Shown one piece after another: positions 32,700-43,600 of a DNA stretch of 64,000 nt (position 1 is the stretch's first letter; each line of letters begins with the position of its first letter). The notes below the pieces were generated by a model, which was given only the letters and a program-made list of their open reading frames with translations, made no database searches and had not been told where the DNA came from. The stretch is from Cyanidioschyzon merolae (lineage: Eukaryota), in the NCBI GenBank assembly GCA_000091205.1, contig AP006501.2; one strand, written 5' to 3'. The translations under genes and the position numbers were made by a program.

Positions 32700-33067
32700 G
32701 TATCAGTGGGGGCAATGCGTGCGCACAACCCCAATGCGTGTCTGCGTGCGCGCGCGGTGCTGTCCCAATGGGCGATGCGAGGCGTCGGCGCGCCGGCCGC
32801 CACGAGGCCACGAGGCATCCAGAATGGTATTTGCGAGAACATGGACAAATGGGATTGCAGCGTCCCGTTCGCCCTGCGTCGTCACGCCCGGTCGCCGTGC
32901 ATGTGCTCGTCTCCGGACGGGTTGATGTGCGGCCTGCGCGCTCCGAGCGCGAGTTCGATGGGCGATTCAGGATGCCTTGGGTATTTTTGTTCTATCCAGT
33001 GCAGCATGCAATGGAAAAGGTCGCGTCATTCGGGTGTCCAAGGTAAAGTTTTCGTCTTTTTCGATCT

Positions 33068-34362
33068 TCATGAACACCAGGCTGTGCGGGATTTTTCTCC
33101 AACTGACTCTTTTTCCTCTTTCTCGTATCCGGCATGAAACACGCTGGTCACGGTTTCGCTCCAGCGCCGTTGTAGGCATGCAAACGATGTTGATGGCAGC
33201 GTGCAAGTCCCGATTTCGCCGATGCCGGCTCTCGTTCAAGCATTTCATTCGCACTCAACAATACCGCAAGCAACAGATCCTCTTTGTGTACCGTGTAGAC
33301 GCGCAGCTCGCACCGGTGTCACTCGACTGTGGTCAGGTGTTCCTGGAGGTCCGTCGCAGCGCCTCATGCTTCGAGCGCTGCACACGCGCCGGACCGGTGC
33401 AGAGGCCTCGCTTCGATGCCGTCCTCCGGTTCCGCGCCCGGTGCCGTACCCTGCGATCATGGGCTTCTTCTGGGTAAGACCTTCGGCGAGGACTCTGTCT
33501 GATGCATGCGCACGAGCACGCTGATCCCGTCGATAACGTTTGCGTCGGACGCGATGTTGCTCATGATGAAACAAGCACTGAAATGGAAATCGACGCTCGA
33601 GGATACGTCGACGACTTTTGCGCTGTCTACGCCGCCTCCATGTTGGGCGCTGACGCATGCTCCTTTGTGAGCGATCGCTGCGATGACTCGATTCCGATCC
33701 CAAGGCTCTCGCCGATGCAACCAGAAGCGTCGAGCGTTTCTGTGGGCGCATCCCGTGACAACTGTGATGCTGCTGTCGGAGGCCTTTTCGATGAAGGCCA
33801 CAAAGAAAGAGGCACTTGCGTATCGAACGGAATCGATGTGTTGAGGAGGCGAGCTCCGCGAACGCTCGGCAACAGCTCGTCATACAGTCGCTTACGGACG
33901 ACGGCAGTTCTTTTGTGTCGTCGTCACCATCATCGTCGTCGTCGTCGTCGTCGTCGTCATACCAGCAGCGCAAATCGCAGTGTCCATGAGTTGCTTTGAG
34001 GGACGCGCACCGAATCGCTGCAGAAAGCGTGATTTGACCAGAGCAACCGTTAGGAAACGAAAAGAGTGAACGAGCGTGCGGATACATTGGATCCTGGTAT
34101 CGATTGCTTTACGGTGCCCTGCTCGAAGGTGCCGTATGTTGTTTTCATGACGATGACGGAAGGAATTTCAGCACCAAGGATTCGGAAAAGCACACCCCGA
34201 GAAGACGCCCCAGAGTCTTAAACCTGCGTCTGTATCCGTGAGCCCGTATGGCTGCGCTGCGAATATCGAGGATTGTGATGTAGAAAAGTTCAATGAAAAC
34301 ATCAAGGCAGGAGCAGAGCGCGCACTTCAGTGTTCCCTACAACCCTTATACGAGTGCAGGGG
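33068..34362. repeat. Copy A of a 1.3-kb dispersed duplicate (~98-99% identical to 46734..48024). Contains a 280-aa Arg-rich ORF with a poly-Asp run on the minus strand
   Basis: Track ORFs 32977..33477 and 46086..47141 (+) share an identical 140-aa C-terminal peptide. ORFs 33245..34087 and 46909..47748 (-) differ by about 3 residues plus one Asp. Boundaries were located by direct comparison of flanking sequence. Confidence 0.85.
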
Positions 34363-34809
34363 TATCGGCTCGAGGCGGCAAGCGCATAGATCGCGCAAAG
34401 GTGCCGTCTGCACAATTGGAGGTTGCACAGCGGTGCTGGCGGCTAGAACAAATCGCAAGCAGGCACCAACTTCTAGGCAACCGGCGCTGAGCGCTAGCGC
34501 ACGCCAAAAACCCTGCGGTACTGGCGGCACATGACGGGCTGCAGCGCCTGCATCAGCTGCGGACCCGCACCTATGATGCTGTGGTTGTACAGTGCGCCCG
34601 GAGTGCACCTCTCCCATACCGTTTACTGAACAGCACCTCCCATATGAAAATCATACACGCGAAGAACTATGGTACATGGATAGCGGAGAATAGGCGATGC
34701 AGGAGACCACGGCACGCTGGCGTCATCGAAAAGTAGAGAATGCTGCGTCGCGATGGGTAACGCTGAAACCCTTCTTCGCTGATGCACGACGCGAAGCACC
34801 CGCCCTGAT

Positions 34810-36312
34810 TCACACGTCCAAAACATGAAGGTTACCGGTAACCACGCAGTTCTCGAGCCGAGACCCCGCCGGAATATCAATAGACGCTCCCGGCTGGGCG
34901 ACAATGATGACCGTACCGCTCAGTTTGCAGCGTTTGCCGAAGCGCACACTGCCACTGACAGTTAATGACTCTAATTCTAAAATATCCGGCATACTCTCGA
35001 AACGGCTACTAAAGTCGCTCACTTTTTTGAATTCTGGACCCAACCGAATGACTGGCGTGCCGAGTTCAGCCGGACGCTCCGGATTCATACTAACATACCC
35101 CGAGACGATATTATAGAGATTACTTTGAATCAAGAGCAGATCGGATGTTGTCTTGACGGGCAGGAAACGGCTCCGTGGAACGTTAATACCCATGACGCGC
35201 TGGAAATGGGTAATGGCAGCACCCATAGCCGTCTCGAGCTGCAGCACGGTTTCGCCTTTCACAGTCTTCGTGTTGGGGATAATATCCAGCTCCATGGAGC
35301 CAGGTCCTCTGTCCATGATTCGCTTGAGCGCCTTGAGTTGGATCCACAAACTATTGGTATTGAATACTCGGAATTTGGATATGTTCTGGAAATCTCCCAA
35401 GTGCTCCTTATCGACCTGCGCGACTTCTAGCAACCTCGGCTTGCCTTGGTACGTGATCAGCGTGCCTCCTTTCCGATCGGAGCGAGTTCTCGTTGCCATT
35501 TCGATTGTAAATTCAACCTGATGATCCGCGATTGCTTTGAGAATCCGCGTATCCAAGGACGCTCCAAGGTTGTCACTGTTACTCACGAATATCCATTCCT
35601 TGCCCTCGGCGAGCAGCCGATCCAGCATGCCCGATTGCAGAAGCGCATCATACATGTCGCCGTGACCCGGCGGGTACCAGTCCTCCTTGTCGTACACTTC
35701 AGAGTCGAGGCACAGGGGTCGCAGTGTGTCGCGCACCAGACGCGGATACCTAGACTGCTGAAACGTACGAATCGGAATGAGATCCTCGTACTTTCGAATG
35801 ACTTTCAGTGTATCCGCATCCGTGTTAAAACTATTCATTAGGAGAAGAGGCACCTTGATTTGATACCGCTTGTTGATGGACTCGATCTGCTTCACGATAA
35901 TGTCCAAAAACGTCTGTCCCGAGCGGATTTCGATCACGGACTTGGGGCCCGAGCACCCCATCGAGGTGCCGAGGCCTCCGTTCAGCTTCAGTACAGCGAC
36001 GCGGCTTAGAAGCGCTCGCGCCTCAGTTTCGTTCGGTTCGGGTAGTTCTGCGTAGGGTCGCAATAGCTCCGCCGATGGCGGCTGGATCTGGTCCCAATCC
36101 AGTGCCGCGGACGCACTGGAGCGCGTCTCCAGGTACCGACCCAACAGGTGCACAAAACCCTGTTGTTCTGCTTCGCTCATGCGTGCACGTACGTCAGTCG
36201 CCCTTTCATTGATTTGACGTATTTCCTCCAACAGTGCCTTCTCCAGAGACTTGTCTGTGAGGTGAGCGAAGTTCGCAAAAGAGGCATCGTGGCTGGTTCG
36301 CACCAAAGGCAT
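34810..36312 (-). CDS. UGP: UTP-glucose-1-phosphate uridylyltransferase (UDP-glucose pyrophosphorylase), 500 aa, complete
   Basis: LKLNGGLGTSMGCSGPKSVIEIRSGQTFLDIIVKQIE, NSDNLGA, and the C-terminal left-handed beta-helix region. Collinear with eukaryotic UGPase throughout. Confidence 0.9.
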   Translation of the reverse strand: MPLVRTSHDASFANFAHLTDKSLEKALLEEIRQINERATDVRARMSEAEQQGFVHLLGRYLETRSSASAALDWDQIQPPSAELLRPYAELPEPNETEARALLSRVAVLKLNGGLGTSMGCSGPKSVIEIRSGQTFLDIIVKQIESINKRYQIKVPLLLMNSFNTDADTLKVIRKYEDLIPIRTFQQSRYPRLVRDTLRPLCLDSEVYDKEDWYPPGHGDMYDALLQSGMLDRLLAEGKEWIFVSNSDNLGASLDTRILKAIADHQVEFTIEMATRTRSDRKGGTLITYQGKPRLLEVAQVDKEHLGDFQNISKFRVFNTNSLWIQLKALKRIMDRGPGSMELDIIPNTKTVKGETVLQLETAMGAAITHFQRVMGINVPRSRFLPVKTTSDLLLIQSNLYNIVSGYVSMNPERPAELGTPVIRLGPEFKKVSDFSSRFESMPDILELESLTVSGSVRFGKRCKLSGTVIIVAQPGASIDIPAGSRLENCVVTGNLHVLDV

Positions 36313-37634
36313 CGTGTTCGGGTAAGAGTGTGGACACCGCTCCAGAGCTCTTCACTCGTTTCAAGCACGCACGACGCTCAAGTAAGTAGACTTGTCTTGA
36401 CCTTGCTTCAAATTAGAGCAGTAAGTCACCAGTAACGAGCTTGCTGGTGCCGTTCACAGTGATACCACCTACTTGAACAACGAAGAACACGTGTGAAGTC
36501 TCCGTCGTCGCCTGCTATTTACCCGGCGCGTGGCGCATTGCGCGCATTATTGCCACACGAGCGCCTTTGGATCGCCGCGCATTCGCTGGCTGCCTGCCTG
36601 CCTGCGTCGCAGCGAATGCCGACACGTATACGCGCCGTACGCAGGCACGCACGTAGACCACACATCGCGCGGCGCCCGAGCGGATCGCCCGCCAGCTGGA
36701 GCGCGCGTTGATCCGCTGAATGCTGGAGCGCGCGCTAAGCGTACCCCGAGCACACCAGTGAACGAGACGTCCATTTCATGTCCGGAACGAGAACGTCACG
36801 TCGTTCTGTCTGCGCTGTGCAGGGCACTGATCGTCGCGGCGAACGGCTGGGATACAAACGAGACATCCACAGTCGTTGAGCGGATGGAATCTCGGACGCC
36901 CGGCTTGCAGACTGATCAGGCGCACGCGGAACGGCAGATTCACTGTGAATGTGCTGTAGGCTTTTGTTTGATTCGCGGGAACATGCATGCATGCATCCAG
37001 GGCATCTCCCTTGGAACACGGACGCTAGACCAAGAACAATCGTAGGCGGGTGCATGCGTGCGCAGTGGCAGCACGCATGGTGCATTGCATGCGTGCATGC
37101 ATTTCCCGCGCAAACGCCTGGAGCCGGGGCATGCCAGCGCTGCGCTCATAGACGCGTTCCGTACAAAGCAGCGCGCTTCAGGGCACTGCACGCTCTCCGG
37201 GGTGCTCGTTGGGGTCATTCCGTCGCGGTATCCTGCTCTTCCCAGCGAGTAGCTGCCCAAAGTCGAATGCCTGCGTGACGTCTACGTGAGTTTTCAGCGG
37301 CAGCGCGTCAGGTGACCTCGGAGCGCGCTGCCTCGAGGGTGCAACGGACAACTTGGCAAGAGGCGCCACTCGCGTCCGGTGCTCGCATCAACAGCTGGGT
37401 TGAAGCTTGAGCGGAGGCGTTTTTATAGCCGCGTAGACAAGAATCAGTGACAACAACACGTCGTTTAGGATGATGCGCGGCTGGCGTGTGTGCAGCCTAA
37501 AGGCGGGGCGTGCACGTTGCACGGGTGCCGGCACCCTCGTGGACGCTTCGATTGCACTCGGACGCGCTTGCTGGTAGCGGTAAGCGCGGACCGCTCCACG
37601 CCGACTTGCACGTTAGCTGGGTACGTGCGCAGCG

Positions 37635-40600
37635 CTACGGGTCAAAGCCCAGGGCCTTGCGATATGCAGCCTCCTCGCGCCAGGTGAGGCGATCACGGAC
37701 CCAGTCGCCGCTGGAAGTGCGACGTCGATATCTCGGACGATTTGTCCCGCCGCCGAAGATATCGACCAGGTCGCAGGTATGGACGCGGGGAAATATGGTG
37801 TCTGGATCGACACGCGTTTGCTCGATTAATGCTCCATAGAGACGATGGCTCCGCGCCCATTCCGGTATGAGGTGCCGCTTAGCAGCGGGCACCGCAGCGC
37901 TCTCATCATCCGAGGCATCCGCCGAGTGGTGTCGCTCCGGAGTCAGCGGGTACTCCGCGGGAGCCTCGTCCGCGGCGGCAGCAGCAGCAGCAGCAGCAGC
38001 GGCAGCAGCTATCTGGGACGCTGGCTTTGTCCCATGCGACTTGAGCAGACCACTCGCTACGACCTGTTGTTGACGGAGCGGCGCAAGACGTGCCTGCTGG
38101 CGCTCGGTCTCCAGTGCGAGCCTTCTTTGATGCTCCAAAATGCGGCGTCGTTTCTCCTCGCGCCGTTGGCGGTATGCGTCCTGGACATCGAGGGGCGCCT
38201 CTGCATCCACGGGAGCTTGCCTTGGAGATGGATTCCCGTTGAGATCGACCAGGGGCTTCACTGCTGTGCGCGAAGGCGTCGCTGAGACAGGCGTAAGCGA
38301 CGTCGTGTCCACTGCTGTGGGTTGTTTCAGCGAAGCTGGGACGCAGTTCGGCGAGGCGCGCTGATCCATCCGACTCTTGAGCGTCTCGGGGCTGGGCGAA
38401 GCCCCGCGCACGCGCTTGCTCGATTGAGGCATTGTGGCTATGACGATCCGGTAACGAGACGGGCTGCTCCTTGCGTGCCCCAGCGTTGCCCATGCTTTGT
38501 TTGGTGACGGTTTCAGCACCGAATTTGTGCCGGTGGCTTGCAGCTCAGTGGCGTTCTGCAGCGGTTCTACTTGCATGCGCGCTGGTGAATGCGTCTGACG
38601 AGTGGAAACCGCTCCAGCGGAAATTGTAGCGGATGCGGTGGCGACGGCAGCGTTCCCCGGCAGACCATAGCCGCTGACATCCTGCTCCAGCGGAGGCGAT
38701 GGCGCAGCTCTCGACGTGGAGCGCCCGGTGCGATGGCGATCCTCGCACATTTCGTGCTGGACCGTCGAGCTTCGGTCGCCGGCAGCTCCCACAGCTTCGA
38801 TCCGACTGGGACTGGGGCACACCGGGAGCGCTCCAGCACGCATCGCGCGCAACCGCTCGATGCGCGTGCGCAGGGCCTCGGTTCTCGAGAGCCTGCTAGA
38901 AACACCGCCAGGAGCACCGCCAGGTCCCGGCTGGCGCTCACCACCAGGCGCAGCTGCAGCGTAGAGGGTATGGTGCGGCATGGGCGTTCCACTGGCGTGC
39001 GCTGGTGGCATGATCGTTTCGTCTACCGCTGCGGGAGCGCGCTTCGGGTCTGCAAGTCGCAGTGCGTGAGCGTCGTAGCCGTCGTATGCGACGCTGGTTG
39101 ACGCTGCCGGCGCCCTACGAACGGAAAGCAGCATCTCCGTCGCAGTTTGCGAGCGCTCGAGCGCATGGAACGACCCGTCTATCGCGTTCGTGGCGTCAGA
39201 TGGACTGCGCGATCGTGAGCGTCTCGCTTGCTGGTCACTTGCACCAGCTGCACTCAATGGCGAGCGAGGACGGCTGGGCCTCGCTAGTTTGGCGTTGGCA
39301 GTCGTCGCCTGGCCGGAATCCGGTACCAGCGACGCTGCCGCTGCCGCTGCCGCTGCTGATGGCGCTAGTTCGACCGGCGCCGCGCAGCTCGGCATCGCTA
39401 CCGAACTGGAGTCGCTCGCCACAGCGGGTTGCTGTGCCGCGTCCGCCGCGCAGTCCGGGTTCCCGACTCGCCCATTCGCTGCATCCTGGCCACATGACCC
39501 AGCTCGGATCGCATCCGCGTTTTCCGCAAGTGCGCCGTTGTCGTCGCTCGGTACTGTGGCCAATTTTGGGTCGCATTCGAGCGTCTGTTCCAGTTGGAAA
39601 ATCTGGCCTTCAATGTCGGTCGCATTCACGAACGAGCCGGGGCCGGATGCGGTTGGCGAAGCGCAGCGCGCGCGATAAACCTGTTCTGGGCTCGCAACCG
39701 AGTCGATTGGCGCCATCGCGAACGCGGCAACTGGCCGATGCGCTGGCGCAGGTGACGCGGACCCACGGCCCGGGTGCATTGTATGCCGCCCGGGGCTCAG
39801 TGAAGCCGAACGCTCGCGTGTACCCTTCATCTGCGCTTGAGATGCCGTCACGCCCTCCATTGTGTAGGCGCTGTTCTCGGGCAGAGCGCTGGACGTGCCC
39901 AGCTGGCGCATCGCCGCCGACGCTTGCGCATCAACAGCCGAAGCTTCCGTGGTAGCATTGCCACTGGCACTCAGGGCATGCTGCGCTCGCGCGAAGGTTG
40001 GCAGCGGCAATGGCGTTATCGGCGCGACAGCTCCTCGATGCACAGACGATCGGCGTCGTGCCCGAACCGTCTCTGTGGCATTCTCCGTGGAAAACGATTC
40101 AGCATGGTCGCTCGGGTGGCATTCGGCGGCGAAGTCGCTGCAGGTGACGCTGCCGGCACGCTGGGCGCCATTCGTCAAGGCCATCATTGTGCGGATCGCC
40201 TCTGGCGCCGCAACCTTTTGGGGTTCGTTGTATTCGAGCTGTGCGCTGTTCCGCTCTGGATCCACTAACGACCGCCGCATTGGCGGTGATTGCGAAAGCA
40301 TTGCGGAGCTACGTCGATTCGGTGCTGTTCGATGCACCGGAGACGATAGATGCGATGCCGGGGTACGCAGTGAGCGCTCCTTGGTCTGGGAGCACGCTGC
40401 CGGTGTTCGGGGCAGGGCCTCATCGCCCGCTTCGGCAGCGTTCATCCGCGGCGAATGCCCTGAAGCGTTATCAAAAGCTGGGCGCGTTGCGAGAGACCCT
40501 GGAGTATGCCACTCGTTGCCAGCAGGGGCCTGTAGCGAAGCCTGAACACCCCTGATGGTCTCTGTGGCAACGTCTTGGCCGGGATTTGTCACAGTGCAAT

Positions 40601-43600
40601 GTGTGCGACTGTTCGCATCGATAGTGACTGATGCGCGCGACATCATCTGGCTCGGCGACATGGTGCCTGACCCTGAGCGATGCTTACGAATCGAGTCAGA
40701 TGGCACATTAGCCGCAAAGCGCGTCTCCTGCAAAGACGCTGCACGGCGTCTGCTGGACATCGATGGCGATACACCGGTTTTTGGTGTCGGCGCTGGCGAC
40801 GCCCTTATCGACATTCGTTGCCATCGCGCTCTATCTGCGATATTCTCGGTGACGTTTTGGAGGCTGGACCGCGGAGCTGCACCACCCCCAGACGCTGCTC
40901 TGGATTCGGCTGGGATTTCGCAACTGCTCGCCACGGTCCCGGTGACTTGCTCGAGCGATGACCTCACTCCTGGACACCGTTCACCCACATCTGGTGCCAT
41001 TCCATCGACGTCGTTCTCGGATGGGGCGTGTTGCGGACTAAAGCGCAGCGCGGCAGGCAACTGACCCTGAATGCACCAAGAGAGAGGGTTCAGTGGTGAA
41101 TCAGCAGCGCTGGGCGATGGCGACTGCGCTGCTGCAGGCTGTTCAGCGGCAGGTGCGGGCATCGATTCGCAGCGAAACGCAGATGACGGATCAGTAGCCA
41201 GAGGTATGCTCGCGGCCTCCGTGCGCATAGCTGTGTCCTCGTCCGCGATGCCATTATCATGCGGTTGTCGCGGTGATGGCGGCGAGACGTCCCCGAGCAC
41301 CAACGAGCGCGTCGGAAGATGCTTGGGGCAGGGACTGCATGCCTCGACTGCTGCCCCGCTGGATGGAATATCGCCGCGCGGCGGCGTCCATTGCCTGTGA
41401 TGCATATCGCTTGGCGGCGTTTCCGACACTGCTGCAGCTTTTTGCGATACGAACGATGATCCGTGAACAGCTAGCCTGGCGCTTTCGACCCGAGGCGTCG
41501 TTGGCGTCGTACTGGGCCCAGGCAGGCGCAGCGCATCGGCCGCTGCGGCTCCAGAGGGATCCACAGATGTCGATTCCGCGGGCGCGAAATTTTCGCCTTG
41601 CGGGTCGCTCAGGGCCGCGGGCGAAGCTGCCAATGCTGCAGCTGGACAAGCACTGGATGTCCCTGAGCCATGTACGGGGTCTGAAGCGGCCTCCGCAGGG
41701 TCCTGCTTCACCAAAGCCGCCGCCGCCGCCGCCGCCGCCAAATCGATACGGGCTTGGCTCGTCGACGGTCGACGTTCTGGATGCGACTCTGAATGTGCAG
41801 CAGATGTCGAGGCCGGGTGATGCACATCGTACCGCGGCGAAGGCAGCGCTTTGCTGGCACTCCCTGCAGCCGATGCCGAATCGTCGGCTTGCGCGGACGT
41901 CCAGTTTGAATGAATCTCTCCAGCAGTGGACGGCTCTATGGGCACCGGCTCCTGCTCGGTTGCTGCTTGCTTCTGATGTATTCCAGCTGACGCATGGGGC
42001 GCATCCGCCGCTCCGTTTCGTGTTCGAATGATGCACGGGCTCGTGAACGAAACGTTGTGCGCATCGCGAATTTGCACTCGAGTCTGAAGCCCTGGCAGGG
42101 CTCCATTGAGACTTTCCGATATTGCCACCGGAAGCGAGGGACGCGATCGATTGCATAGGCGGGCGCTTTTTTCAGGCAGCGAAGCGCTTCGCCTGTTATT
42201 CGCGCCTCGGCCCTGATCCGGTGATATGGTGTCTGGAGCCCTCGATGTTGCGCGCCGAGCACCATGCATCGACTGCTGCCGCTCCGCTCGTTTCGACGAC
42301 GCTGTTCTTGGCGATGCCATGCCTCTGGATACCGGCGGTAGGGACGTGTTCTGCAGAGCGTCTTGGGGACGGCGCCGACGCCGTCGTGTTCGGGTCGGCA
42401 TTCGCTCGGGACTAGCGGGCGCTAGGCGCTTGATTACCGACGACTCCCGCGCTGCTTTGTCCGCACCAGAGCGTGACCTGGACGGCGGCGCCTGCCGTTG
42501 ACGGCGTCTCGGCATTGGCGCTCGCGGTGCTCGTCGCGTTTGCTCTGGAGTGCTCTGGCCCAGCGATATGTTCGTCATGGGCGTCATTCTGCTCGTGTTG
42601 GGTTGGTCGACAGCTGCGCTCAGGTTAGGAGCGCTTGGCGCGCACTTTTCGCAGAACCAATCCTTCTGGGGCACCTGGTCCAGCGGCGGCCTACAGCAGT
42701 ACGTGTGGAAACAGTCATCGCATCGATCACATAGAAGCATCAGATGGGGGTCCTCCATGCCCTTGCATCGTCGGCAGTACGTCTCGTCCTTGTGCGGGGT
42801 TCGATTCTCCGCCTTGGCCCGTGAGAACGGCGACAGTAGCTCTAGGGCCAATGCCCGCGCACGATCTGCAGTGCTTTGCTGATGCCGTCGAGCAGTCGCA
42901 CGGGGTGCTCGTGTGGCGAGGTCGTTCGCGTGCGTCTCAGACGATGGCGCTACTCGAGCCAGACCAGAATCTCGCCGTTTTTTCGGTCGCAACGGTACAG
43001 CGGATGCACCTGAGTCTGCCTCTGCTCCATCAGCGGCACATGTGGAAGAGGGTCGTGAGAAGCGCGCGCTTCCAACGCGCTGCACGGGCGACGCGCGGGC
43101 ACCATGTAAGGCCGGTGCTGCTGCATTTAGCACCGCATCGCGCTTAGGTGAAACGGGTTGCGCTTCCTGCTCAGATGCGTGCTGTGGCGGAGCACGCTTT
43201 CGTTGCACGCGTGACCTTTTGGTGGCTTGCGAGGTGCGACCGGCTGTCTCTCTCGTTGATCGCCCGCAGGCGATACTGAGCGCATCCGTTTCCGCTGGTG
43301 CTGCCCTTTCGGCTGCCTGTATCGAGGGTGACCGGTGAGAGCGGCGGTCTTGGCGCTGTGCGCGCTCTCTTATGCCTCGTCGCTGGTTCGTTTGACGCTG
43401 CCCTGCGTTGGAGGCAGGCGATCCAAGCGGCGACTCTGGCGGTGCAGGTGTGCGCTGCTGTTCTCGGGTGCCAGCGTAACGCTCCGATGGAATGTTGGGG
43501 CGCTCGTCTTGCATGAGCTGTTGATCATTGTTCTCGTCGTGGAACGCGAACTGATCGGATTCTGCTGCAGCGGCACGTTCCAACGATGACGACGACGGCA

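Noticed and set aside
36400-37630. GC-rich block with gcatgc/catgcatgcatgc motifs and several 100-170-aa ORFs on both strands upstream of UGPase
   Set aside because: The ORFs are compositionally biased (Ala/Arg/Cys), lack motifs and overlap each other. More likely UTR or promoter sequence than coding
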